Assembly: GCA_951406725.2 (NCBI GenBank)
Contig: OX597834.1
Location: forward strand, 34,658,001 to 34,722,000
Direction of reading: 5' to 3'
Length of the DNA stretch: 64,000 bases
From: Octopus vulgaris
Lineage: Eukaryota
The notes beneath the pieces are model-generated. The model was not told the origin of the DNA. It made no database searches and was given only the letters and a program-made list of their open reading frames with translations. Positions 1-12,800 of the stretch are shown in pieces (the first letter of the stretch is position 1; the number at the start of each line of letters is the position of its first letter). A program made the translations under genes and the position numbers.

Positions 1-279
1 TTATCTTGCGACTCCAAAAAGAAACTTCTCGACCATCAGCTGGAATTGAAACTCTACCCAACCTTCAGGCCAGTAGATAGAATTCCCAAGGATGCCTTTC
101 ACATATTTCTATTTCTCAGTCATTGCCCTAGCAAAAAGAGGACATTCAAATCACCTGCTTTGTTACCTGTAATGAATATACCCTGAGACATGGATGCTGA
201 AATCTCAAAGAAAATAAGTATAAAGTTTAACAAATGACTGGAACCTCATACAGTTCATCAGTGTTATTGTAAGAAATAG

Positions 280-870
280 ATGCCTCTTAGTGATACTGAG
301 AATCTGTATATGGAAATTATAAGACAATGTACCACAAGGTATTGTACTGGCTCCAACATCTACACAAATGGACAACTGAAAGATGATAGTGCCAAGTGTT
401 TTATTTATGCCAATGATTTATGTATAGCATGCCAAAGGGAAAATTTCAATGAAATCAAAACAAGCCTGAACATCACTTTACACAATCTAAGCTTTTTTCA
501 ACAAAGGTAATTATTTAATTGCAAAATACCTGTATCTTCATTCCATCAAAGAAACAAGGAAGTGAATATCTTATGATATAGAACTAAGGTAAACCGCTGC
601 TTGAATGCCAAATACCTTGGGTGTACTAGACCAGATTCTAATATCCAGGAAGCACTTAGATACTCTAAGAGACAAGTTGGACAGGCAAATGGTATTCTAT
701 AAAATCAAGAAAGTTCTCAGCAATATTGTGATTCTCAAGCACTCAGAATTACAGATTTTGCTCTGCAAAATATGGGCTAAATCTTCACATACAAGATCTC
801 TAGACACCGTTCTCAATGAAACATACCAATGCCTCAGACATAAACATTAATACCATATATTAGAAGGAAT
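280..870 (+). mobile_element. Degenerate non-LTR retrotransposon reverse transcriptase relic
   Basis: NIYTNGQ...FIYANDLCIA (decayed YADD) followed by KYLG-like and downstream LINE-like segments, with stops and frameshifts. Confidence 0.7.
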
Positions 871-1209
871 GTTGCCAGCAAAGATGAAACTCAAAAACAG
901 ATGTCTTATGAAAACTCTCTATTCTATGGAAATCAGTAAATATGAAGAAGATTAAAATCAAGAAAAAGTTGCATTATATTCACTATTTCTATATGTGTGT
1001 CCAAAGAATCATTCTGGTAAATATCCTATAAATGCAAAATATGAAGATGGAACCAACAGAAAATGGGTTGATATGCTCAGATTCACATGAAATGAGTGGA
1101 CCTTTCTCAATCAGCTCAATACCTGGTTTTGGTTTAAGAAAGGCACCAAAGTGAAATGTGAGACAATGTAGAATTCCCTTTTTGTAACTGTAGAACACAA
1201 CCCAAATCA

Positions 1210-1750
1210 CGTGTCCATTGCTGGCTTACCTGTAATTAGTTTCTTCTTGTTTAAAAATTTGGGAAATAACACAAAGAATCACAAAATTGGAGACATTCAT
1301 CCAGGTAGACAAGTGACTATCTGTAAGCTTCATGCACAACTGGACTTTGGTCACAATGCATTACAGAAGATGGTAGAAGACTTTGGGTTTTGAAAACAGT
1401 GTATAAAGTGGGTACCTTGGCAGTTGACACCAAATTTGGTGAAGAGAAGGGTGGAAGACTGCTTTGATGTGCTGGAAACATTTAAAATCAATGAAAACAT
1501 GTTTTTTGTTCTTTTTGCTATCGAGTCATAGGGAATGAAACCTGAGCATATCTTCATGATCTGGAAATGAAGCTTCAATCCATGGAACAGCATCACACCT
1601 TTTCTCCAAGGCCAAAGACATTCAAGGGCCAGCAATTGGTCCAGTAAATCATGGTGACTGTTTTGGGGAATGACAAGTATGTCCCCATTCTTTTTGATTT
1701 TCTGTATCATGAACAGTAAGTTATACATTGGGACATTTGGAAATGAATCA
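1210..1750 (+). mobile_element. Degenerate mariner transposase fragment
   Basis: KWVPWQLT (WVPHEL-type motif), HD-E-K-QSME segment and KIMVTVL/FW-like motif, frameshifted. Confidence 0.65.
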
Positions 1751-2287
1751 GGCAAGCAGCAAATTGAGTTAACATATGTTGACCACTGCATGCACCACCG
1801 GTGGTTCATCACAATCATCATATGCACCACCAGTGGTACAGTTTCAGAATTTGAGAAAATATTTTATTTTGCATCTTTGACATGGTTCCAAGATGCATAC
1901 ATAATACACACACACATATGATACATGCATAATACACACAGACACACACATACATACACACACACACACACACACATCTATACAATTTCCCATGTCGGCA
2001 TGGGTTGAGTGATTTAAACAAAAACAGAGGAGTCAGAGGACTGTGCCAACCTCCAATGTCTGCTTTGGCATGGTCTCTACAGCTAGATGCCCCTCCTAAT
2101 GCCAACCACTTTACAGAGTGCACTGGCTGCTTTTTCATGGCACCAGCACTAGTGAGGACAGCAAATAACTTGCAAGGCAACACCTCTCAAGTGAAGGGAG
2201 GCCAAAAGCATTGAGGGAGAGGAAAGAGTGATGGAGGGATGGGAAATGGCCAGCGTCTAATGACTGAAACAAGCAAAAAATAAAATT

Positions 2288-2321
2288 CACACACACACAC
2301 ACACACACACATACACACACA

Positions 2322-2362
<41 letters not shown>

Positions 2363-2385
2363 ACACACACACATACACACACACA
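2288..2385. repeat. (CA)n microsatellite; others at 38205-38250, 45967-46000 and 58888-58915; (TA)n at 34811-34845, 54291-54316 and 60904-60960; (CT)n at 29801-29830
   Basis: Directly visible. Confidence 0.95.
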
Positions 2386-2387
2386 TA

Positions 2388-3611
2388 TTGGGTCATCCCA
2401 TAAATAATATAGTTTTTTCAATTGCATGAACTAAAAGTTGGAGGGGGATGAGATAACCTACCTGCATCAACTTGCTATAAAAGCAGGTAGTATTTTTTAC
2501 CTTGTCCTTATTCTTAGTGCATTTGATTTTAACAGTTACTTTTTCAAAGCTTTAATGGAAGTGACAAAGGAGTATATTCAGCATATTTTGCTTTATGAGT
2601 TCAATAAAAGCAACAACACAATGGAAAGTTTAGGGAATATTAATGCAGTATTTGGGAATCGGACAATAAACATAAGCCAGAGTTGATGGGGGTTCCAGAA
2701 ATTCCGAGTCAGAAACTACAGCCTAGAAGAGAAGTTTCATTCTGGAGGGCCTGTAGAACTTGATGAGGACGTTCTACAAACCCTGGTGGAACAAAATCCT
2801 ATTGTAACTGTTGAGGAACTAGCAGAGAAACTTGAACTTGGTCATTTAACCATTCATTAACACCTGCATACCACTGGAAAAGTCCGAGTCTAATAGCGTT
2901 CAGAGGGTGAATGTGTGCTCTTCTTTGCTGTCACACCTCACAAATGAACCTTTTTGGTGACTGACGAGAAATGGGTTCTCTATAAAAATGTCAAGTACTG
3001 AAGACAGTGGGTAGGGAAAGGGGGGATACTGGCACCCCAGGCTAAAGAAGGTCTTCACCCACATAAGGTGTTGTTATTTGTTTGGTGGGATATGAAAGGC
3101 TTAGTCCACTCTGAACTTTTAAACCTAAACGAAATGATAACAAAGGAGATCTACCGTGAGCAGCTTGAGTAGCTTAAATCAGTTTTTGAAGGAAAATGAC
3201 CATCTTTGGTTTCAAGACAAAAGGTGTTCTTCCATCAGGATAATGCTTGGCAACATACAGCAAGGATGACATTCTAAAGGGTGGAGCAGTTTCAATGGGA
3301 AACAATGCTCCACCTACCATATTCACCAGACATTGCCCCATCTGATTATCATTTATTCTGCAGTCCTCAAAATCATTTGGACAGAGAAAATATGAATTCT
3401 GTAGAGGAGGTCAGAACAGTACTGGAGGAGTATTTTTTGTCATAGACAAGTGAATTTTGGGAGAGGGGCCTTGCAAGTGTACCAGATAGATGGAAAAGCA
3501 TTGTAGAAAATGAAGGAGAGTATATTTTAGATTAAGAAAGAACTTTGTTTATCTTAATTTTGGAAAATAAAAGAACTATAAAAGAACTGCATTATTTATG
3601 GGACGACCCAA
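2388..3611 (+). mobile_element. Near full-length mariner element (1224 bp) with pseudogenised transposase (about 2555-3535)
   Basis: TIRs TTGGGTCATCCCATAAATAAT / ATTATTTATGGGACGACCCAA flanked by TA; motifs TDEKWVLY, VWWDMKG, HQDNA, PYSPDIAPSDYHLF; several in-frame stops. Confidence 0.93.
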
Positions 3612-4719
3612 TATATATATATGTATGTATATATATATATATATATAAAGATAGATTTTGAATGAGAAATGTTTACTGATGTGGCAAGTTAAAATGATGA
3701 TTTGAGGAAGGAGATCTTACTATATGGAATATTTTATGCCTCACTTCACTATATGTTCTTTTTGCTGAAAGCATGCCAAGAAAAATTCCAGTGTCATTAT
3801 TTGCACATATTTTATACTCTCAGTCATGTATATAAGCCTTTGCTGAGGAGGTTTGATAAGACTGAAAGATGTATAGTGTTGTCACTAAGTACAAGAATGC
3901 TCTCACCCTTCACTGAGTGCTGCTATTCAGTAATTTTTCAAGTTAGATTTCGAAGTTATCTCCCTTGCCACTCTAAATAAGAATTATCGTTAACACTAAT
4001 GATTGGTATGTAGAGGCAAAGATTTCAGCTGAAATTTTAACGGTTTGAAATTGTTTAGGCAGAGAGTGTGACGACTATATTAAATATGCTGCATTCTACT
4101 TAACTATATGTTTTTCATGCAGAAGGCCTACCTGGAAAATATTTCTCTCATTAAGTCTAATGTTTTACTGTTTCATCCAATTTCCCGCAATTCACTGCCC
4201 TAATTTCTTGTATAACATTTACTGAGTTACATCTTAATGAAAAAAAAGAATTAGGTTAAATATTATTTCCCTTCTAGTTATCCATAGATAAAATGAAAAA
4301 ACGACCAATTGTCATGTTGTTAAGTTATTGATTAATTTATAGATATTGATACGGCAGTGTGGGAGGTGGATAAGAGAAAGTACAGCGAGGAAGGAGGCGG
4401 GGAACATATGAGGATGAGGAGGAAAGGAGAGAAGAAAGACGAAGCGGAGGAGGAGAAAAAAAGAAAGAAAGAGGAAAATAGAAGCTTCTGTCCCACACAG
4501 ACAGCAGACGAGATGATAGACAAGCCGCAGCGAATATAAAGCCGATGATTAATTCATCACGAAATAATTGCTCAGGTTTTATATCAATAATTTCGCATGT
4601 AATAAAAATAGTATCTTTTTTTAAATTTGAATAAATTCATTTTTGTTTTGCAATGAAGATCTCAAGATTTGTTTCTTTGTTCTTTTTATTTCAAATATTT
4701 TTGTAGTAATGATTTTTAT

Positions 4720-4865
4720 GTTAGTCATTCCGGTTCTGCGGAGATCGATAAACCGGAAGTTACGAAACTCATGTTGCCAATGTGCTTCAAGAAACAAGAA
4801 GCAACCGCATTGTTGTCATCTTGAGCATACATTATTACATAGCGACTGTGTTTGGGACGATATAG
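4720..4865 (+). promoter_or_regulatory. Putative DHPS promoter and non-coding first exon
   Basis: Local CpG enrichment, ETS/GABPA-type ACCGGAAGT at 4752-4760 and donor AG|GTAATG at 4865/4866. The ATG exon has an acceptor 8 nt upstream of the ATG, which implies an upstream exon. Confidence 0.55.
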
Positions 4866-5934
4866 GTAATGTACGATCTAATATATACATATACATGACC
4901 TTAAATATACGTAAAATGTATTGTTTCAACATTCTTGTGTATATTCTTTCATGACATGTATAATAATAATGCTTTCTACATAGGCAAAAGGCCTGAAATT
5001 TTAGGGAGGGTCTAGTCAGTTACATCGACCCCCCCAGTGCTTAACCGGTATTTATTTTATCGACCCCGGAAGAATGAAAGGCAAAGTTGACCGACGTATT
5101 TCAACTCAGAACGTAATGGCAGGTGAAATTCCGCTGAATATTTTGTACAACGTGCTTACGATTCTACCGGCTAAGCTGCCTATAATGTAAATAAAATTTA
5201 TCGTTACGGACCATTTATGGTCCTGGCTAATGTATATATAATCATTTATGGTGTATTGGAACTGCATAGGTAATGTATTATCTAATGTATATATATATCA
5301 CCTTGAATATACATTAAATACCTGTTGAGTTGGGACTTTATAGCCAATTAAATATATACAACCACAGCAGTGTAATTAGTACAACACAGATATTGCGCAG
5401 TCTAATTCTTATATTGTTTATATCGCCTTATATGTTATAAATTTATTGTTGGGACTATTGACGTAATATGTAATCTTATAAATATATATATATATATATT
5501 GTGTGTGTGTTTATGTTTGTCCACCACCACCGTTTGACAACAGGTTTTGCGTTTACGTTCCCGTAATCTAGCGGTTCAGTAAAAGAGACTGATAGAATAA
5601 GTACCAGGTTTTTAAAATAAATAACAAGTACTGGGGTCGGTTCATTCGACTAAAATTTCTTGAGGGTGGTGCTCCAGCATGGCCGCAGTCTAACAACTGA
5701 AGCAAGTAAAAGGCAAGAGGTGTGTGAATGGACAAAAGAAAGTCGCTCTCCACACAGCGAAAATTTTAGGAAAATAAAAATAAAGAATAAGTTAAAATTT
5801 TGCCGGTGAGTGTGTTAAATTATAAGGCACAAAAAGAAAATGACTCTCCCCAGACACAACAGAATATGCTTCAACACACGAACTCACGTAAAGAATCTTG
5901 CAAACCAAATCCCAAAACGAAATATATATATATA

Positions 5935-6200
5935 TAAGCATCTTGAGAGAAAAATTGGGCATAAGAGGCATCAGATGTGGTATGCAAAAGAGAGGACTGC
6001 ATTGGTATGGTTATGTGATGCATATGGATGAGGACAGCTGTGTAAAGAAGTGCCAATCTCTAACTGTGGAGGGAACCTGTGGTAGAGGTAGACCTAGGAA
6101 GACATGGGACAAGGTGGTGAACATTGGGCCTCATGGAGGCAGCAACAAGTGACTGAGACCTTCGGCAATATGCTGTGCTTGAGAACACTCAACAAGCCAA
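5935..6200 (+). mobile_element. RTE-type LINE 3' relic, followed by a SINE-like tail to about 6430
   Basis: LHWYGYVMHM...VEGTCGRGRPRKTW, typical of the RTE ORF C-terminus. Confidence 0.75.
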
Positions 6201-6682
6201 GTGAACTGCTAGTCATGACTGATGCCAGTGGCACATAAGAGCACTCGAGTCAGTGACACATAACAAGCACCCATTACACTATTGGAGTGGCTGGTGTTAG
6301 GAAGGACATCCAACCATAGAAACCATGCCAGATCAGACTGGAGTGTGGTGCAGCTCTCCAGCGTACCAGTTCCAGTCAAACCGTCCAACCCATGCCAGCA
6401 TGGGAAGCAGACGCTAAGTGATGATGATTTCACGTGCTTAACGCTGTATATATCCTCTCGCTCATATCCATTATTGTTGTTTAAACCCAGGTGAGCCCTA
6501 AGTAAGTAGACCTATAGCTAAAGGTATTATAACTGTGGTGACCCCTCTTTTATTCAGACATACAATGTATTGTTGACAAAGATTTGGCTTCTATTTCTAG
6601 TAGTTTAAACAACAACCACATAAAGATACCCTACTCTCTTCTAATAGTGTTATTTGTTTTGTTGTTTTCTCCAGCCTGAAAA

Positions 6683-6880
6683 ATGTCTGACAATATTCCT
6701 CAGTGTGCTAAAGAGGCCGTCTTACTCACAAGTGAACCTCTTTCTGCTGACAAATATACCGAAGTTAAAGGTTATGATTTCAACAATGGTATAGATTACC
6801 ACAAACTATTAAAATCTTTTGCCACTTCTGGATTCCAAGCTACCAACTTTGGCTTTGCTGTTCAAGAAATTAAGAATATG
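6683..6880 (+). CDS. DHPS: DHPS coding exon 1 (MSDNIPQC...QEIKNM); exon begins at 6675
   Basis: Acceptor ttctccAG at 6673-6674, ATG at 6683, donor GTGAGT at 6881; VKGYDFN and GFQATNFG motifs. Confidence 0.95.
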
Positions 6881-9800
6881 GTGAGTTGTAATTGCTTTTC
6901 TCTGTTAGTTGTTTGTGTGTGTAGATACATGTATGTTTGTGTCTGTATCTGTGTGTGTGGCTGTGTGGTTAAAAAGCTTGCTTTGTAACCACATGGTTTG
7001 GGGTTCAGTCCCACTATGTGGCACCCTGAGCAGTCCTCTACTATAGCCTAGGGCCAAGCAATGCCTTGTGAGTGAATTTGGTAGAAGGAAACTGTAGAAA
7101 TACATCATATATATATGTGTGTGTGTGTGTGTAAACTTTGTGTTTGTCCCCCACCACTACTTGACAGCCAGTGTTGGTTTGTTTACATCCCTGTAACTTA
7201 GTGGTTTGACGAGAAATTGATAGCATAAGTACCAGACTTAAAAATAAGTACTAGGATCGATTTGTTTGACTACACAATTCACAGTGGTGCACCAGCATGG
7301 CCACAGGCCAATGACTGAAACAAGTAGAAGAAAAGATAAAAGATATTGCATTACAGCAATCCTTTGAAATCAAGCATGATGATCTTCCAGATCAAAAGTA
7401 TACAGATGATCAAGATTAAAAAGCCCAATTTTAGAGGCACAGATCTATGAAGACAGATCAGTGCAGAAAAGAGAGCAGTTTTTCACTGTTGGCTTTTTTG
7501 TTTTCTTCCTTCTTGCTTGCTCTCTCAATATATTCTCAATGGTATCCAGCCCATGCGGCTCACTTCTTCTTCTCCTGTCATGAGCAAAAGCTTCCCAGTT
7601 GTTGCAGTTTCTGAGTGTTTCCATCAGGACATCCTTAAAGTACTTCATGTGTTCTCTTTGCATTCATCCATTCATTTACCCTTCCTCAGCTGGATATTGA
7701 ACTGTTTTTGTTTCTCTTGCTCATTTTTAAAGAATCATTAGTCCTGCCCAAAGAAGGTGTTCTTAGTGATGGCTGCTTCAATGTTATTAGTTTTTGCCTC
7801 TCTGTGGATGTTGATGGTGGTTGTGTAGTCTTCTAATCTGCTCTTGATGCTATAGCAGCAGTGTTGGTGAAAGCACCCTAAATGGACCAGCTCCCCCACT
7901 ATACCATATACAGAGTTAGTTGTAAACAGAATCAACTCTGTAAATCTGCCTCCAAACAAAGACTATATATATTCGTGGCATGTAAAAAGCATCATCCGAA
8001 TGTGGCCGATGCTAGTGCCACCTTGACTGGCTTCCATGCCAGTAGCATGTTAAAAGCACCAACTAATCGTGGTCGTTGCCAACCCCCTCTGGCCCCTGTG
8101 CCGGTGGCATGTAAAAAGAGTGGTTGGCATTAGAAAGGGCATCCAGCTGTAGAAACACTGCCAGATCAGACTGGAGCCTGGTGCAGCCTCCTGTTTCCCG
8201 GACCCCAGTGGAGCTGTCCAACACATGCTAGCATGGAAAACGGACGTTAAACGATGATGATGATTCAGATATATACTCTTATTTAATATGTACACATACA
8301 AACAGAGAAGCAACGCCAAATCTGAGATGTTTGAGCAAGATGTCCTACAACCTCAGAAGACTGTAACTCCTATACAGACTGACTGAGATCCTGACAAACC
8401 ATGCAACCTATGGCAAATGAACATAATACAAGTGTGCATGCATACATCTAATGGACTTGTTTCAGTTTTCTATCAATTCCACTCACAAGGGTTTGCTCCT
8501 CAAAGCTATAGTAGATGTTTGCACACTAGGATTGAACTTGAAACCACATGGTTGGGAAGTAATCTTCTTATTACACAGCCATACTTATATGTATGTCTAT
8601 GTATGTGTGTGTGTGTGTGTGTGTATGTATATCATCATCATCATACGTCCATTATCCATGCTGGCACAGGTTGGACTGTTTGACCAGAGCTGGCAAGGTA
8701 GGGAGCTGCACCCGACTCCAGTCTGATCTGGCATGATTTCAACCGCTAGGTGCCCTTCAAAACTCCAACCACTTTACACAGTGTGTGCTGGGTGCTTTTA
8801 CACACTGTTGGCTTTCTTTTCCTTCTTTGGACTTTTCCCTTTCTCCTCTCCAACAAAGAGCTATGCTTGAAACATCAAAAACTCTCTCTTTTTACAGTTT
8901 ACTGGATTAACAGTTGCACATGTTGAATTGAATACACACACACACACGTTTGTATGTGCACGTATTTTAAAGTACATTTCATATGCATATTTTACATATT
9001 TTTATAGATTGACAAGAAATTAATACCTCTGTCTGCAAATGAATTAGAAGAAATGAATTTAAACCCTGTTGGGCGTGAGAGGAGCAACTGTACAATATTC
9101 CTGGCTTTCACATCTAACATGATATCAAGTGGGGTCCGTGACTCTATTAGATATCTTGTACAACACAATATGGTAAGTAAAAACAGTTTCCTTTTTACCA
9201 TTCAGACACGATATTGTTGAACCCCAGATCGGGCCTTAACAAATAGATCTATTATAAAACATTCCAGTCATAACTTTCCTGGTTCTATTTTTCAGGCAGT
9301 GTGTACCTGGAACTATTTTATTCAATGTGTTGTTATTTTAAGATAGTGAAGTATGATTTGAAGGAGATTTTGCAGATGTATCTGTGTGTTTGAGCTCAAC
9401 TTTACCTTTCATCTTGTCTGGTCTATCAAATTAAATATTAGTTCATTGAAGAAGTTGATAGCATCAACTTGCCCCTCCTTTCAAAATGCTAGGCTTGTGC
9501 CAAACATTATTATTATTATTATTATTAAGGTGTCGAGCTAGCAAAATCTTTAGCATGCCAGGCAAAATGCTTAGTGGTATTTCATCTGCCTCTATGTTCT
9601 GAGTTCAAATTTCGCTGAGGTCAACTTTGCCTTTGATCCTTTTGGTGTCGATAAATTAAGTACCAGTGAAACACTGGGGTCGATGTAATCGACTCCCCTC
9701 CTCCAAAATGGCTGCCCTTTGAAAGCATTATTATTAGTGAGGGAGGTGGATTTGCAGACGCGTGTGGCCCGATGGTTAGGGTACTCTGTTTAAGGTCGTG

Positions 9801-12800
9801 AGTTCGATACTCGGTGGCACGTTGTGTCCTTGAGCAAGACACTTTACTCATGTTTCTCAATCCACTTAGCTGGCAAAAATGAGTAACATCTGTATATGAA
9901 TGGGCCACCCTTGTTACATTCTGTGTCTGTCGTGCTGAATCTCCCTGAGAACTTCTTGAAGGGTATGCATGTCTCTGGAGTTCTCAGCCAGATGTACGTT
10001 AATTTCACGAACAGACTTCCATTGATCGGATCAACTGGAACTTTCGTCCTCTTAACCGACAGAGTGCCTTTTTTTTTTTTTAAAAGTGTCTGATAAATCT
10101 CTGATAATGTTGAGTTATGGCCCTTTATGTTCTGAATTCAAATCCTGCCAAAGTCGGTTTGTCTTACATCCCTCCTTGGTTGATCAAACAGTGTACTAGA
10201 CAAATACTGAGCAGCTATATAATTCAGCTATACTCTCCTACTCCCGCTCAAATCTGTGACCGTGATCCCATCCTAGAAATCATTATAAAGGTATTGAATT
10301 CACAGGAACAGCTGTCTTGAAGTATCAAGTTATCTCCCTTGAAGCTCTGACATCATGTGCTGCCAAGGGCGATATTCTCTTTCATCATTTGTTGCTCAGT
10401 AAATTAAGTACCAGTAACTGTTGATGCTCACATGTGTGTGTGTGTATTTATATATGTATATATGTGTGTGTATCTGTGTTCTGGTTTGATTACATCTCTG
10501 TAACTTTGTGGTTCAGCAAAGGAGACTGCTAGAATAAGTGCCAAATTTAAAAATAAGTACTGGGGCCAATTTGCTGATCTAAACCTTTGAAGGTGATGTC
10601 CAAGCTTGGCTGTAGCCCATAAACTGGAACAAATAACACCAAAGATATACGAATATAATTGTGTTAGTATTTTTTTTAAATGTTATTGAATTTTTGGAGT
10701 GGTAAACACTCGCATTTCAATTCCTCATTACTATCTTAATTATTATTGTCATCATTATGCTCATTGTTATAGGTTGACTGCTTGGTTACGTCTGCTGGTG
10801 GCATTGAAGAAGACTTCATCAAATGTTTAGCTCCCACATATATTGGAGATTTTAAGCTGGATGGCAAGAAGCTACGTTTGTCTGGCATTAATCGAATTGG
10901 TAATCTGCTGGTTTCCAATGATAATTACTGTAAGTTTGAGACTTGGTTGATGCCAATCCTGGATCAAATATTGCAGGAACAAAAAGAGGAGGTAAGAATT
11001 ACTTTGTTTTGTATTTGATTTTTTGTGTCAGACCATCAAATATTCTTTGTTCACTCTGCTTTATGATATCTTTTGTATGGAAGAGGTTAAGTGAGGGACT
11101 GTTCTATCAGTGTTTTATCATCATAGTCTTAATGTCTGCTTTTCCATGCTTGCATGGTTTGGATGGAGTTTAGTGTGAAAAACTTTCTACAAAAGGAAGC
11201 CCTTCTTGTTGCTAACCCTTACCTGTTTCCAAGGAACATAATATTTCCCCTTGGCCAGACATGTTTTTGTAGAATATTGGAAATGAATGACACAACTTGT
11301 ATGGTAGTGATATTCATTTACAATTATCAGATGATGTTAACACACACACCAGATCCGCTCACAAGGCTTTGTTTGGTCTGGGGCGATAGGAGAATGCACT
11401 TGCCCAAGGTGTCGTACAGTGGAACTGAACCTGGACCCATGTGGTTGTGAAGCAAAGACATCCTATTGAAAGAATTAGGCCTTAAAACATAGCTACCCAT
11501 TTTAAAAACACTGTCAGGAGTTTATTGAAAAGAATTTGGTTGTTATATTAAGTATAGACATGCCTAAAGTGTTGTGTGGTGGGACTGAAATTGGAATGGT
11601 ACTGTGAATCCCTTACCAAAATGCCTCCACCAGTTTTCGTAATCAATCTTCCTACCCCACCCCTCAACCAAGTTGACTCTACAAATAGTTCTCCTGTTGT
11701 TAATATGCTTGACTGAATCCAAAGTATGGCCTCTTGTACAAATGGTCTCTTCATACCCAATCTATCTCTCTCTTCCTCCTGCTGTAACTATTGTAAAAGT
11801 CCATTTCTCTTTTATCTAAAGTGTAAGCCTTACATTAAACCAAGAACCCTTAAATACTCTTCTTAACTCTGTTGCACTAATTTTTTTGTTTTATTTTAGG
11901 GGACTTTATGGACGCCTTCGAAATTAGTGGCTCGTCTTGGCATGGAAATAGATAACCCAGACTCAGTTTATTACTGGGCTTACAAGGTAATGTTAATAAA
12001 CGTGTCTTTGAATCTAACACAAGACACTCACACACACACACATACAATGTTCGTGTTTGGGTGAACAGTGAAAATTATTTTGGAATCAATTATAATGATA
12101 AAATAGTCAAAAATCCCTCTCACCCCAACTTCTCTAAAAGCATCTGTAGTCTTTATCTTGTCCCTCAGCTCTTTATATTCTCTATTCAAATCTTGCCACA
12201 GTCAAAGACAAGAATATAGCACATTCATTAACACATTGGAAAAAATACCTTGCTGTATTTTTTCTGGCTCTTTACATTCTGAGTTCAAATCCTGCAAAGG
12301 TCGACAAAAGTGGGACTTTTTTTTTTGTTCAGTCAGAATAAAGAACCAGTCAGTTACTGAGGTTGACATCATTGAGGAAATTCGTCCCTTCAAATTGAAT
12401 TGCCTTAGAAAAAGTCATTAGTAGGGCAGTGGACTGACATAATCCGTGACATGTCTGTCAAATTACCATGCAGTAGGTAGTTGTGCCCCTTTAGCGTCTG
12501 ACTTCAAGTCTTGCTAAATCAACTTCACCTGTCATCATTCCAGTTTTGACGAAACATAATACCAGTCACATACAGGGACTAGGTTGACATAATCAACTGT
12601 ATTTATTATTCTTTAATTAGAATTGCACTGACAATGACTTCAAAGTTTCAGACAGTTTGATGATGGTTTAACTGGCTAAAGTCACTGTCAATACTATTCT
12701 TGTTGAAGAATAAATTTGTATTCTACTAAATGTATTGAGTAAGCCTTCGATTTAATGTATACATATATAACAGCAGATGGGCTTATAGTATCAAGCACTT

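Noticed and set aside
2555-3535. Domesticated or active transposase
   Set aside because: Multiple stops and frameshifts; no transposase or reverse transcriptase in the window is intact.
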